Source: Salinivirgaceae bacterium (GTDB lineage: Bacteria; Bacteroidota; Bacteroidia; Bacteroidales; SZUA-534). From it: a stretch of 60,541 nucleotides of DNA. A program made the position numbers and the translations under genes. The DNA lies in assembly GCA_024405635.1 (NCBI GenBank), contig JAKSOL010000018.1, forward strand, positions 1 through 60,541, given 5' to 3'. Shown one piece after another: positions 29,439 to 40,641 of this stretch. Positions within the stretch are counted from its first letter, which is position 1. Each line of letters starts with the position of its first letter. Under the pieces are notes generated by a model. The model did not search any database and was not told the DNA's origin. It saw only the letters and a list, made by a program, of their open reading frames with translations.

Positions 29439-29780
29439 ATGGCAAATGAGCAAAATTTTGGCGATGCAATTAGTCGTTTGATAATGAAATTCAAACGCGT
29501 TTCGTTTTTCGAAATGCTTATTACCAACAAAGGCGTGGTGGCTTTGCTTTTTGGATTGCTGATGGTTTACATAAGTTATGGTTATGTGGCTGAAAATCTT
29601 TTGCGCCGTACACAAAAGATACAAAAGGAACTTAAAGAACTACGAGCCGAGTCAATTACTCGCGCATCAAACTTAATGTATATAAGCAAACAAAGCGAAG
29701 TGTTTCGCTTGGTAAATGAACATAACCTAGGATTGTACGAGGCAGTTGAACCTCCGTTTAAGATAATTGTTGAAGAATAA
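29439..29780 (+). CDS. ftsL: FtsL-like cell division protein
   Basis: Single TM followed by a coiled coil; lies between rsmH and ftsI. Confidence 0.75.
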   Translation: MANEQNFGDAISRLIMKFKRVSFFEMLITNKGVVALLFGLLMVYISYGYVAENLLRRTQKIQKELKELRAESITRASNLMYISKQSEVFRLVNEHNLGLYEAVEPPFKIIVEE

Positions 29781-31930
29781 TGCCAACAAAAACACCAAAT
29801 AGTAACCAAAGTACCAATAAGCAGCCAAATGCTATTAAGGTAAAAGGATTGCATGGCAGGGTATTCCTTGTTTTTGCACTACTTGTGCTTTTGGGTGTTT
29901 ATATACAAATGCGCATTGTTGGGTTACAGTTCTTTGGCAACGAAAAGTGGGTAAAAATGATTAAGGACCAAATGCAACAAGAACGTTACATTGAGCCAGT
30001 GAGAGGTGATATTTGTGACGAGCATGGTCGCATTATGGCAACATCGTTTCCCATTTACGAAGTTAGGTTTGATACCCGATGCACCAGCAACGAAGTGTTT
30101 GACCGCAATGTTGATTCGCTAGCCATTTGTTTAGCAAAGTTGTTTGGCGACAAGTCTCGACAAGAATACAAGAACTTGCTTGTAAAAGCTCGCATTGAAG
30201 GCAAACGTAATTTGTTTGTTCACAGAGCCGATTATATTCAGCTAAAGCAAATGAAAAATTTCCCAATTTTTAGGTTGGGTCGATTTAAAGGTGGATTTAT
30301 TGCTAATGCTGAAAATGTGAGAAAAATGCCGTTTAAATCGTTGGCTCGCCGCACCATTGGGTATAAACTAAAAGACGGAACTCGCATTGGCCTTGAAGAT
30401 GCCTATGATAAAGAATTGACAGGTGAACGCGGAACATATTTCGCTTATCGTATTGAGGGCGGAACGTGGGTGCCCGTATATTCAGAAAATACCACTGAAG
30501 CAAAAGATGGTTACGATGTTATTACAACCATCGACATCGATTTGCAAGACGTTGCTCATTCGGCTTTGTTGCAACAATTGCGCAAACACAATGCAGGCTA
30601 CGGAACAACCATTTTAATGGAGGTGGCTACTGGCGACATAAAAGCTATTGTGAACCTTACAAAGGTTGATGAGGGTGAGTATGCCGAAACTTACAATTAT
30701 GCAATAGGCACATCAGCTGAACCTGGTTCAACAATCAAATTAGCCTCACTTATTGTTGGATTGGAAGATGGCTGCTTTGATTTGCAAGATACTGTGCAAA
30801 CGGGTAATGGAATGTATCGCATTTACAATCACGTAATTAGAGACACTAAACCCCACGGAACCATTACAGTTAAAGAGTCGCTTGAAATGTCGTCGAATGT
30901 GGGCGTTGCAAAGTTGATTTTGAAACATTATAGAAAAGACCCAAACCGGTTTATCGACAAATTATATCAAATGTCGTTGGGCGCACCATTGGGAATTGAA
31001 ATTAAAGGCGAAGGTGAGCCTATGATTATTCGACCATCAAACAAATTTTGGTCGGGAGTGTCGTTGGCACAAATGGCGTATGGCTACGAATTGCGACAAA
31101 CACCATTACAAATACTTACCTTTTACAATGCGGTGGCAAATGGCGGAAAAATGATGAAGCCTCGTTTTGTTAAACAAATTCAAGATCACGGACGAGTTGT
31201 GCGCCGCATCAATACGCAAGTTATTAATCCAAGCATTTGCTCAAAAAGCACAATAAAAAAAGCACAAGAAATGCTTGAAGGTGTGGTTGAAAACGGCACA
31301 GCTAAAAATTTAAGCAATTCGAACTACAAAATTGCCGGTAAAACAGGTACAGCACAAATTGCAAACCGCTCGGGTGGCTACATTCACGAGGGGCACAAAA
31401 CATATAATGGTTCGTTTGTGGGTTATTTTCCTGCCGATAATCCAAAATACTCATGTATAGTGGTAGTATCGGCCCCAACAAGTGGAGTATATACTGGTAA
31501 CCTTGCAGCAGGCCCAGTGTTTAAGGCAATTGCCGACCGAGTTTATGCAACAAACCGCGATTTAAACAATGGCAAGCGTATTACCGATTCAATCGCACCA
31601 AGCGAGTTTATTCCAGTGACAAAAGACGGTTGGGCAAAAGACACTCGTTTCCTTGTTAACAAACTTAACATTCCATACTCACAAGAGAATGCAAAAGGCG
31701 ATTGGGTATCGACAACCAAAACCGATTCGATGATAAGGTTGGCAACTCGTAACCAACCCGAAAACGCAGTGCCAAATGTTAAGGGAATGGGTTTGAAAGA
31801 TGCAGTCTTTTTGCTTGAAAACAAGGGATTGCGCGTTAAGGTAGAGGGACGAGGCGCAGTACGTCAACAGTCAATTGCGCCAGGTAGCCTTTATCGAAAT
31901 GGTGATGTAATAACACTAAAACTATCGTAA
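29780..31930 (+). CDS. ftsI: Class B PBP (FtsI) with C-terminal PASTA domain
   Basis: EPGSTIK, SSN, KTGT motifs; VPNVKGMGLKDA PASTA domain. Confidence 0.93.
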   Translation: MPTKTPNSNQSTNKQPNAIKVKGLHGRVFLVFALLVLLGVYIQMRIVGLQFFGNEKWVKMIKDQMQQERYIEPVRGDICDEHGRIMATSFPIYEVRFDTRCTSNEVFDRNVDSLAICLAKLFGDKSRQEYKNLLVKARIEGKRNLFVHRADYIQLKQMKNFPIFRLGRFKGGFIANAENVRKMPFKSLARRTIGYKLKDGTRIGLEDAYDKELTGERGTYFAYRIEGGTWVPVYSENTTEAKDGYDVITTIDIDLQDVAHSALLQQLRKHNAGYGTTILMEVATGDIKAIVNLTKVDEGEYAETYNYAIGTSAEPGSTIKLASLIVGLEDGCFDLQDTVQTGNGMYRIYNHVIRDTKPHGTITVKESLEMSSNVGVAKLILKHYRKDPNRFIDKLYQMSLGAPLGIEIKGEGEPMIIRPSNKFWSGVSLAQMAYGYELRQTPLQILTFYNAVANGGKMMKPRFVKQIQDHGRVVRRINTQVINPSICSKSTIKKAQEMLEGVVENGTAKNLSNSNYKIAGKTGTAQIANRSGGYIHEGHKTYNGSFVGYFPADNPKYSCIVVVSAPTSGVYTGNLAAGPVFKAIADRVYATNRDLNNGKRITDSIAPSEFIPVTKDGWAKDTRFLVNKLNIPYSQENAKGDWVSTTKTDSMIRLATRNQPENAVPNVKGMGLKDAVFLLENKGLRVKVEGRGAVRQQSIAPGSLYRNGDVITLKLS

Positions 31931-31932
31931 CG

Positions 31933-33387
31933 ATGGATAAAAATATATTGTTCGAAGACATTAAGATTAAGCAATGGATAGGAAAGCAAGACATTGCCGT
32001 AACCGAAGTGATTGCTGACTCGCGTAAGGCTGCTAGTGGTAAGTTATTTGTGGCAGTTCGTGGAGTAAATGTCGATGGACACACTTTTGTGCCACAAGTG
32101 ATTGAGAATGGTGTAAAAGTGGTGGTTTGCGAAGAATTGCCAGCCAACTGCCCTGCCGATGTAACTTTTATTGTTGTTGACGATTCGGCTCAAGCTTTGG
32201 GTCAATTGGCATCAAACTGGAATGGGCGTCCAAGCGAAAAACTAAAACTGGTTGGTATAACTGGCACCAATGGAAAAACAACAACAGTTACTTTGTTGTA
32301 TCAAATGGCGCAAAAACTAGGTTACAAGGCCGGTTTGTTATCAACCGTTCGCAATATCGTTGACCGAACAGTTTATCCTTCAACACAAACCACACCAGAC
32401 CCATTGTTGCTTCACTCGTTGTTGGCGCAAATGGTTGAGGTTGGTTGCGATTATTGTTTTATGGAAGTTAGTTCGCATGCTGCACATCAACGCCGAATTG
32501 CGGGGTTAAAATTTGCAGGAGGCATTTTTTCAAACCTTACACAAGACCATTTGGATTACCACAAAACATTGGCTGAATATTTAAAAGCCAAAAAGATGTT
32601 TTTCGATGGCTTAGACAAAGATGCTTTTGCAATAGTTAATGCCGATGACAAAAACGGACTTGTAATGTTGCAAAACTGTGCGGCTCATAAGTACACATAC
32701 GCACTTAAAACAATGGCCGACCACAATTGCAAAATTATTGAATCGGGATTTGAAGGAATGCAACTTAACCTTGACGGAACTGATTTGTGGACACGTTTCG
32801 TTGGCAAGTTTAATGCCTACAACTTAACTGCAGTATATGCAGCATCGCTCAAATTGGGATTCAATCGCGACGAGGTGCTTTCGGTTTTAAGCAACATGGA
32901 TTTTGTTGATGGCCGTTTTCAATGTTTCCGTTCAAAGAGCGGCAAAACAGCAATAGTTGATTATGCTCACACACCTGATGCATTAGAAAACGTGTTGCAA
33001 ACAATAATCGATATTAACGACGGAGAACACCATATAATAACAGTTACCGGAGCTGGAGGCAACCGCGACAAAACAAAACGTCCAATTATGGCTGCCATTT
33101 GTGCCAAAATGTGCGATAAGGTTGTTTTAACATCTGACAATCCACGCAACGAAAAGCCAGAAGATATTATTGCCGATATGCGTGCCGGAGTTTTGCCTCC
33201 GTTTGATAAAAAAGTGCTTTCTGTTGTTGACCGCACTGAGGCCATACGAACTGCTTGTATGTTGGCGCAACCTGGCGATATAATACTAATTGCAGGCAAA
33301 GGCCACGAAACTTATCAAGAGGTTAATGGCGTGAAACATCATTTTGACGACCGCGAGGTTGTTGCTCAAATTTTTGAAAACGAATAA
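31933..33387 (+). CDS. murE: UDP-MurNAc-dipeptide--meso-DAP ligase
   Basis: GITGTNGKTT, MEVSSH, DYAHTPD, DNPR (mDAP specificity), AGKGHE. Confidence 0.96.
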   Translation: MDKNILFEDIKIKQWIGKQDIAVTEVIADSRKAASGKLFVAVRGVNVDGHTFVPQVIENGVKVVVCEELPANCPADVTFIVVDDSAQALGQLASNWNGRPSEKLKLVGITGTNGKTTTVTLLYQMAQKLGYKAGLLSTVRNIVDRTVYPSTQTTPDPLLLHSLLAQMVEVGCDYCFMEVSSHAAHQRRIAGLKFAGGIFSNLTQDHLDYHKTLAEYLKAKKMFFDGLDKDAFAIVNADDKNGLVMLQNCAAHKYTYALKTMADHNCKIIESGFEGMQLNLDGTDLWTRFVGKFNAYNLTAVYAASLKLGFNRDEVLSVLSNMDFVDGRFQCFRSKSGKTAIVDYAHTPDALENVLQTIIDINDGEHHIITVTGAGGNRDKTKRPIMAAICAKMCDKVVLTSDNPRNEKPEDIIADMRAGVLPPFDKKVLSVVDRTEAIRTACMLAQPGDIILIAGKGHETYQEVNGVKHHFDDREVVAQIFENE

Positions 33388-33408
33388 ACAATTAACTTAT
33401 AACCAGTT

Positions 33409-34659
33409 ATGCTTTACTATTTTTTTAAGTATCTAGACACTATTGACATTCCAGGAGCAGGTATGTTCCAATACATTTCGTTCCGTGGAGTTTCGGCATT
33501 TATTCTTGCGTTGCTCATTTCAGCATTTTTTGGAAAGAGCATCATTCGCCTATTGCAACGAAAACAAATAGGCGAAGAAATTCGTGACCTTGGACTTGAG
33601 GGCCAAGTACAGAAAAAAGGAACTCCAACCATGGGTGGCATCATCATTATTTTGGCAACACTTATTCCTGTGCTGTTGTTTGCGCAACTTAATGTGTATG
33701 TTATTCTGCTAACAGTAACAATGCTTTGGCTTGGTGCCCTTGGTTTTGCCGACGACTACATTAAAGTTTTTAAAGGTGACAAAGAAGGAATGAGCGGCAA
33801 ATCAAAAATTATTGGTCAAGCTGGTTTAGGTTTGGTAGTTGGCTTAACACTATTCATGAGCGACGACGTTGTAATTCGCGAAGTGAACCGCGTGCCAGTT
33901 GAAACAACTGTTACCGACTCGGTAGGTAATGTTATAAGCACTGAAACCGATTATCAATATCAAATAGTTGATGTAAAAAGCACTAAAACAACCATACCAT
34001 TCTTTAAAAACAACGAGGGCGACTACGCAGGTTTGGTTTCGTTTCTTAATGCCGATTTGGCAAAACGTTGGGCTTGGGTAATATTCATCTTAGTGGCTAT
34101 GTTCATCATTATTGCAGTGTCAAATGCTGCAAACCTTACCGATGGACTAGATGGCCTGGCAACTGGAACTTCGGCTATTATTATGGCGGCACTTGGTGTG
34201 TTGGCTTATTTGGGTGGACATATTATCTACTCGTCGTACCTTAACATTATGTACATACCACACACCAGCGAACTAGTGATTTTTGCTGCAGCTTGCATTG
34301 GTGCTTTGGTTGGTTTCTTGTGGTACAACTCGTTCCCTGCACAAGTGTTTATGGGCGACACTGGTAGCCTTAGCCTTGGTGGAGTAATTGCTGTAATGGC
34401 CATTATGATTCACAAAGAACTACTTATTCCAATCCTTTGCGGTATATTCTTTGTCGAAGACCTTTCGGTTATCATACAAACATCGTATTTCAAATACACA
34501 AAAAAGAAGTATGGCGAAGGTCGCCGCGTTTTCTTAATGGCACCATTGCATCACCATTACCAAAAGAAAGGCATTCACGAGGCAAAAATTGTTACCCGTT
34601 TTTGGGTTGTGTGCATCATTTTGGCTGCTGTAGCAATTGCTACTTTAAAAATCAGATAA
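33409..34659 (+). CDS. mraY: Phospho-MurNAc-pentapeptide transferase
   Basis: [35 protein letters not shown]. Confidence 0.97.
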   Translation: MLYYFFKYLDTIDIPGAGMFQYISFRGVSAFILALLISAFFGKSIIRLLQRKQIGEEIRDLGLEGQVQKKGTPTMGGIIIILATLIPVLLFAQLNVYVILLTVTMLWLGALGFADDYIKVFKGDKEGMSGKSKIIGQAGLGLVVGLTLFMSDDVVIREVNRVPVETTVTDSVGNVISTETDYQYQIVDVKSTKTTIPFFKNNEGDYAGLVSFLNADLAKRWAWVIFILVAMFIIIAVSNAANLTDGLDGLATGTSAIIMAALGVLAYLGGHIIYSSYLNIMYIPHTSELVIFAAACIGALVGFLWYNSFPAQVFMGDTGSLSLGGVIAVMAIMIHKELLIPILCGIFFVEDLSVIIQTSYFKYTKKKYGEGRRVFLMAPLHHHYQKKGIHEAKIVTRFWVVCIILAAVAIATLKIR

Positions 34660-34672
34660 TCAGTAAATTGAA

Positions 34673-36022
34673 ATGAATAACAAAGGTTACATAGTAGTTC
34701 TTGGCGCAGGCGAAAGCGGCGTTGGTTCGGCAATATTGGCTCAAAAACAAGGTTTTGATGTGTTTGTGTCAGACTTTGGCACCATTGCCGAAAAGTACAA
34801 GAAGGCGCTAATTGAAAACAACATTGAGTGGGAAGAAAAGCAACACTCAATGGAAAAAATTTTGGCAGCCGACGAGGTGATTAAAAGCCCTGGCATTCCA
34901 GAAAAAGCACCAGTTGTGAAAGAATTACGTGCCAAAGGCATAAACATTATAAGCGAAATAGAGTTTGCCGGTCGATACACCAATGCAAAAACAGTTTGCA
35001 TTACTGGTAGCAATGGCAAAACCACAACCACATTGCTAACCTACGATTTGCTTAAACGTGCCGGACTTAACGTTGGTTTGGGCGGAAACGTAGGCAAAAG
35101 TTTTGCGTGGCAAGTAGCAACCGAAAACTTCGACTACTATGTGCTTGAACTTAGCAGCTTTCAACTCGATGGCATGTACAACTTTAAAGCCGATGTAGCT
35201 GTTCTTATGAATGTTACCCCCGATCACCTTGATCGCTACGAGTACAAGTTTGAAAACTACCTTAACTCTAAGTTCCGCATTATGCAGAACATGGACAAAG
35301 ACTGCTACTTTGTTTACTGCCAAGACGATCCTGCAACAATGGAAAAAATGGCAACCATTTGTTCAAAAACAAACCTTGTGCCTTTCAGCCTCGAAAAACA
35401 AGTTGAGGTTGGAGCATGCCTATCTTCTGACGAATCACAAATAAACATACACCTACAAAACAACGATTTTATTATGAACTACAACGAACTATCTCTACCT
35501 GGCAAACACAATGCCTACAACTCAATGGCTGCCGCTATTTCGGCCAAAGTGTTGGGAATTAAAAACGAGTACATACGCGAGAGCCTTACTTCTTTTCAAG
35601 GTGTTGAGCATCGTTTGGAGCACGTACTTAAAGTTCACAAAATTGATTTTATCAACGACTCAAAAGCCACTAACATTAACAGTACTTGGTACGCTCTTGA
35701 AAGCATGCACCAACCTACTATTTGGATTGTGGGAGGAAAAGACAAGGGTAACGACTACACAACCCTTTTGCCTTTGGTTCGTCAAAAAGTTAAAGCTATT
35801 ATCTGTCTTGGTGTTGACAATACTCCAATTCACAAAGTGTTTGATGGTGTAATAAAAGATATTATTGACACTCAATCGATGGAACAAGCTGTAAAATCGG
35901 CCTATTTTATGGGTGAGGAAGGCGATGTGGTTTTGTTGAGCCCTTGCTGTGCTAGTTTCGATTTATTTGAAAATTACGAAGACCGTGGTCGTCAGTTTAA
36001 AGCTGCCGTTCGCAATCTATAA
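34673..36022 (+). CDS. murD: UDP-MurNAc-L-Ala--D-Glu ligase
   Basis: ITGSNGKTTT, ELSSFQLD, NDSKATN, LLSPCCASFD. Confidence 0.96.
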   Translation: MNNKGYIVVLGAGESGVGSAILAQKQGFDVFVSDFGTIAEKYKKALIENNIEWEEKQHSMEKILAADEVIKSPGIPEKAPVVKELRAKGINIISEIEFAGRYTNAKTVCITGSNGKTTTTLLTYDLLKRAGLNVGLGGNVGKSFAWQVATENFDYYVLELSSFQLDGMYNFKADVAVLMNVTPDHLDRYEYKFENYLNSKFRIMQNMDKDCYFVYCQDDPATMEKMATICSKTNLVPFSLEKQVEVGACLSSDESQINIHLQNNDFIMNYNELSLPGKHNAYNSMAAAISAKVLGIKNEYIRESLTSFQGVEHRLEHVLKVHKIDFINDSKATNINSTWYALESMHQPTIWIVGGKDKGNDYTTLLPLVRQKVKAIICLGVDNTPIHKVFDGVIKDIIDTQSMEQAVKSAYFMGEEGDVVLLSPCCASFDLFENYEDRGRQFKAAVRNL

Positions 36023-36052
36023 ATAATTGTTTCAAACTTTTTTTTGAGCTGA

Positions 36053-37264
36053 ATGGACAACCTCAAAGAACTGATAAAATCAAAGTTTGCTGCTGAAATT
36101 AAAGGCGACAAGATAATTTGGGCAGTTGCTGTTTTTTTGGCAATTGTGTCAATGTTGGCGGTTTATAGCGCCACAGGAACACTTGCTTTCAAAAAAGGTG
36201 GCAGCACTCTGCATTATCTTTTCCGCCATGGAATTTTTGTTGTGGCTGGCTTTTTTGTCATGTGGCTTGTTCAGCGAGTTCAAGGAAAAGTGCTTATTAA
36301 ATGGCTGAATATTCTATCGCCCTTTTTGGTTTATGCCAGTGTGCCGTTGTTGCTTTTCACCTTGGTTAGTGGAGCATCGCTAAACTCGGCGTCGCGATGG
36401 ATTTCAATTATGGGTTTCACGTTCCAAACATCAGACTTTGTTAAGCCAGCACTTATTATATACGTATCAACCATGTTAGCCAACATTAAAAATGCCAGCA
36501 ACGAGGTTGAAATGCGTAAGCAGTTTTGGATAATGATTGGTTGGATTGCCATTATCTGTGCGCTTATTATGCCTGCCAACCTTTCAACTGCAGTAATGCT
36601 TTACGCCATTTGTTTGCTGCTAATTTTTATTGGCGAAGTTAAGATGGAGTTGGTTATGAAATTGTTAGGGCTTACTGCAGCGGCTGGCGTGTTGGTGTTG
36701 CTACTTATTTTCTTTGGTCCACAAGTGGGACGTGTTGCAACATGGAAAGCGCGCATTGAGCGTTTTGTATCAAACGACCCAAATGCTCACGATGCAGAGG
36801 AAAACTTTCAGGCCGACCGTGCAAAAATGGCTGTTGTAGGTGGCAGCCTTGTGGTGAGCGGTCCGTTTGGTCGCGGTCCAGGCAATAGCATTCAGCGTCA
36901 TAGTTTGCCACACCCTTATTCCGATTTCATTTATGCCATAATTATTGAAGAATATGGTTTTTTGGGCGGACTACTTGTAATGTTTGCCTATTTTACGTTG
37001 TTCTTTAGAGCCATAAAATGCGCCATAAAGTGCAGTAGTATGTTCCCGCAGATGATGGTTATAGGTTTGGCGCTTAGTATGCTCATTCAGGCTTTATTTA
37101 ACATGGGAGTTGCCGCTGGAGCTTTTCCAGTTACAGGACAAACCCTGCCTTTTGTTAGTATGGGCGGAACGTCAATTTTGTTTGTAAGTGTAATGTTTGG
37201 GCTCATTTTGAATATAACTGTAAACGGCGACATTCCTATTGAGACCGCCAAAAAAGCAAAGTGA
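36053..37264 (+). CDS. ftsW: SEDS peptidoglycan polymerase FtsW
   Basis: Multi-TM; SDFIYAIIIEEYG, PVTGQTLPFVSMGGTS. Confidence 0.93.
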   Translation: MDNLKELIKSKFAAEIKGDKIIWAVAVFLAIVSMLAVYSATGTLAFKKGGSTLHYLFRHGIFVVAGFFVMWLVQRVQGKVLIKWLNILSPFLVYASVPLLLFTLVSGASLNSASRWISIMGFTFQTSDFVKPALIIYVSTMLANIKNASNEVEMRKQFWIMIGWIAIICALIMPANLSTAVMLYAICLLLIFIGEVKMELVMKLLGLTAAAGVLVLLLIFFGPQVGRVATWKARIERFVSNDPNAHDAEENFQADRAKMAVVGGSLVVSGPFGRGPGNSIQRHSLPHPYSDFIYAIIIEEYGFLGGLLVMFAYFTLFFRAIKCAIKCSSMFPQMMVIGLALSMLIQALFNMGVAAGAFPVTGQTLPFVSMGGTSILFVSVMFGLILNITVNGDIPIETAKKAK

Positions 37265-37304
37265 CACATAAAAAGAAATTAGTTTGACTTAAAAATATAT
37301 TGAG

Positions 37305-38420
37305 ATGGGAAACAAGAAACGCTTTATTGTTAGTGGTGGAGGTACTGGAGGCCACATCTTTCCAGCTATATCAATAGCCAAAGCCATTATGCGAATCGAC
37401 CCCAACGCCGAAATAATGTTTGTAGGCGCTCACGGCCGTATGGAAATGGAAAAAGTACCAGCTGCTGGGTTCAAAATCATAGGTCTGCCTATTCAAGGTT
37501 TGCAGCGCTCGTCAATTTTCAAAAACATATCGTTTTTGCCCAAATTACTTATCAGCCTTTTTAAGTGCCGCAGCATTATTAAAGAATTTAAACCCGATGC
37601 TGTTATTGGTGTAGGTGGTTATGCAAGTGCGCCTTTGTTGCGAACTGCGCAACGTATGGGTATTCCTACTCTTATTCAAGAACAAAATTCTTATGCTGGA
37701 GTAACAAACAAATGGTTGAGCCGAAATGCAAATTGCATCTGTGTAGCATACGATGGAATGGAAAAATTCTTTCCAAAAGACAAAATAGTGTTTACTGGCA
37801 ACCCAGTTCGTCAAGATTTGCAAAGCCTAACAGCAAGCGCTACCGATGCTACAAATTTCTTTGGCCTTAACCCAAACCTACGCACTGTGCTTGTGGTAGG
37901 TGGTAGTTTGGGTGCTCGTACCATTAACGATAGCATTGTAGCAAACCTTGATTTGCTACTAAAGCAACGCATACAAATTATATGGCAAACTGGTAAAATA
38001 TATTACGATAAGGTGCTTACTGAGGTAGCAAAAAGCAATGTTGAAAACCAGCAAAACCTACACATCTATCAGTTTATAAACCGCATGGATTTGGCTTACA
38101 CAGCAGCCGACGTTATTGTGTCGCGTGCTGGTGCTGGAACCATCTCTGAGTTGTGTTTGGTAGGCAAACCAACCATTTTGGTACCAAGTCCAAATGTTGC
38201 TGAAGACCATCAGACCAAAAATGCACAAGCACTTACTCAACGTGGTGCCGCTGTAATGGTTCCCGATTCGGAGGCTGTTGCTTCTATTGGCGACAAGATT
38301 AAAATGATGCTCGAAAATGACGACAAAATGGTGTCGATGCGTATAAAAATGCGCGAAATGGGAATAAAAAATTCCGACGAACTAATTGCAAACGAAGTAT
38401 TTAAGCTTATAAAAAAATGA
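37305..38420 (+). CDS. murG: Lipid II GlcNAc transferase
   Basis: GGGTGGHIFP, GGYAS, EQNS, GGSLGA, SRAGA, HQTKNA. Confidence 0.96.
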   Translation: MGNKKRFIVSGGGTGGHIFPAISIAKAIMRIDPNAEIMFVGAHGRMEMEKVPAAGFKIIGLPIQGLQRSSIFKNISFLPKLLISLFKCRSIIKEFKPDAVIGVGGYASAPLLRTAQRMGIPTLIQEQNSYAGVTNKWLSRNANCICVAYDGMEKFFPKDKIVFTGNPVRQDLQSLTASATDATNFFGLNPNLRTVLVVGGSLGARTINDSIVANLDLLLKQRIQIIWQTGKIYYDKVLTEVAKSNVENQQNLHIYQFINRMDLAYTAADVIVSRAGAGTISELCLVGKPTILVPSPNVAEDHQTKNAQALTQRGAAVMVPDSEAVASIGDKIKMMLENDDKMVSMRIKMREMGIKNSDELIANEVFKLIKK

Positions 38421-39793
38421 AACTGACCGACTACAATAAAGTATTTTTTATGGGAATTGGCGGCATAGGTATGAGTGCCTTGGCTCGCTGGTTTCGCAAC
38501 GCCGGTTATGTTGTGGGCGGTTACGATCGTACAACATCAGAAATAACAAAAGCTCTTGAGGCCGACGGCGCTCAAATTATTTATACCGACGACGTGGCTT
38601 TGTTGCCTAACGATTTTGTATCAAGCAACAAGGCGCTTGTTGTTTACACTCCAGCCATACCAGCTAACAACGAGTTGCTTTGTTTCTTTAACAATAACGG
38701 TTTTTCGGTTGTAAAACGTTCAGTTGCTCTTGGCATCATTGCTCAGGCTACCACTGCAATATGCATATCGGGCACTCATGGTAAAACTTCGGTTTCAACC
38801 ATGGTGGCTTGCATTTTAGATCAAACCGAAATTGGTGTAAACGCCTTTTTGGGTGGCATTAGCAAAAACTTTAACTCAAATGTGGTAATTCGCCCCGAAT
38901 CGCCGCTCACAGTTATCGAGGCCGATGAGTTCGACCGCTCATTCCTTACTCTTTATCCGCAAGTGGCTGTTGTTACCGCTATCGATGCCGATCATCTTGA
39001 CATTTATGGCACCAAAGCTGAGGTTGAAAAAGCTTTTTCGGCCTTTGTGTCGCAAGTAAAACAAGGTGGTGTAGTTATCCTAAAACAAGGACTAGATCGC
39101 AGTTTGTTTACAAACACTGGCGTAACCTACTACACATACTCGCTCAACCAACAAGCCGATTTCTTTGCATCAGACATTGCAATAGTAAATGGAGAATATC
39201 ACTTTAACTTACATACTCCACGTGGTGTAATTGCCGATGTTTGTTTAGGAACATCATCACTTTATAATGTTGAAAATGCAGTTGCAGCAGCTGCAGCAGC
39301 AATGTCGGCAGGAGCAACCGATGAGCAAATTCGTCACGGAATTTTGTGCTATGCTGGTGTTCGCCGTCGTTTCGATGTTAAGGCCAAACGCGCCGACATT
39401 ATTTACATCGACGACTATGCACATCACCCCGAGGAAATAAAAGCTTGCTTGCGTTCGGTGCGCGATATGTTTCCAACTCAACAAGTTACGGTTATTTTCC
39501 AACCACATTTATACACTCGCACACGCGATTTTGCAGCCGAATTTGCCGAGGCTCTTGACCTTGCCGACCGCGTTATAGTTACCGACATTTACCCAGCTCG
39601 CGAAGAGCCAATTGATGGTGTTACTCCCGATTTAATTTTGAGTAAACTGAAAAAAGCCGACCACTCGTATGTAACTTACAGCCGATTGCTAGCTGAGGTT
39701 GAACGAATTGGCAACGGTGTGTTGCTTACTATGGGCGCTGGTAACATCGATATGCTTATTAATCCAATTCACCAAATGCTTATTGAACGATAA
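38417..39793 (+). CDS. murC: UDP-MurNAc--L-Ala ligase
   Basis: GIGGIGMSALA, GTHGKT, EADEFDRSF, DDYAHHP, FQPH. Confidence 0.96.
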   Translation: MKLTDYNKVFFMGIGGIGMSALARWFRNAGYVVGGYDRTTSEITKALEADGAQIIYTDDVALLPNDFVSSNKALVVYTPAIPANNELLCFFNNNGFSVVKRSVALGIIAQATTAICISGTHGKTSVSTMVACILDQTEIGVNAFLGGISKNFNSNVVIRPESPLTVIEADEFDRSFLTLYPQVAVVTAIDADHLDIYGTKAEVEKAFSAFVSQVKQGGVVILKQGLDRSLFTNTGVTYYTYSLNQQADFFASDIAIVNGEYHFNLHTPRGVIADVCLGTSSLYNVENAVAAAAAAMSAGATDEQIRHGILCYAGVRRRFDVKAKRADIIYIDDYAHHPEEIKACLRSVRDMFPTQQVTVIFQPHLYTRTRDFAAEFAEALDLADRVIVTDIYPAREEPIDGVTPDLILSKLKKADHSYVTYSRLLAEVERIGNGVLLTMGAGNIDMLINPIHQMLIER

Positions 39794-40636
39794 ATGAGTA
39801 ATAAAGCGGAAAATACCAGCCGAAGGGCTATCAACAAACAAAAAGTGCTTGCAGCAGTAAAGCACACACTATTATTGTGTGCCATTGTTGCCTACGTGCT
39901 TGTTGCTTACTCAATGACGGCCGACCGCATCAATACTCAAACAATTAGCAAAGTGGTGGTAAACATCGACAAATCGGGCAATCGCTTTATTGGCCCCGAC
40001 GACATTATAAATATGCTTTCCAATAAAGGAATGTCGCTAGTGGGACAAAACATGGAGTCGGTTAACATAAACACAATTGAACGCGAGGTGCGCAAAATGC
40101 CATCGGTGCGTAACGCCGAGGTTTACAGAACCATTGACGGCCGACTAGGAATACAAGTAACCCAACGACGCCCCATTTTGCATATCTACCCAACCAACGA
40201 TGTTGATTACTACATTGACAACGAGGGCAGAGTAATGCCAAGTAGTAAAAACTACACTGCGCACGTTATTGTGGTTAGCGGGTACATTAACGAACGATAC
40301 ATTGACCACAACGGCGAAAACATTGCAAAAATGGCAAAACAAGGCAAGTCGAGCGGCAAATTGCTACCCGATTTGTACACCTTGGTTAATTTTTTAAACA
40401 GCGATAAAATATGGGCTGCCCAGTTTGAACAAATTTACATTAATCAACAGGGCGACATTGAACTTGTACCACGCATTGGAAACCATGTGGTGCTACTTGG
40501 CGATATTGACAATCTTGAAAAAAAATTCAGAAACCTATATGCCTTTTACAAGCAAGGTTTTGACAAGTATGGTTGGAACAAGTATCGCACTTTGAACTTG
40601 AAATACGAGAATCAAATAGTATGTGTTAAACGCTAA
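39794..40636 (+). CDS. ftsQ: Cell division protein FtsQ/DivIB
   Basis: N-terminal TM, POTRA-like region, C-terminal YENQIVC; position between murC and ftsA. Confidence 0.85.
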   Translation: MSNKAENTSRRAINKQKVLAAVKHTLLLCAIVAYVLVAYSMTADRINTQTISKVVVNIDKSGNRFIGPDDIINMLSNKGMSLVGQNMESVNINTIEREVRKMPSVRNAEVYRTIDGRLGIQVTQRRPILHIYPTNDVDYYIDNEGRVMPSSKNYTAHVIVVSGYINERYIDHNGENIAKMAKQGKSSGKLLPDLYTLVNFLNSDKIWAAQFEQIYINQQGDIELVPRIGNHVVLLGDIDNLEKKFRNLYAFYKQGFDKYGWNKYRTLNLKYENQIVCVKR

Positions 40637-40641
40637 AACGA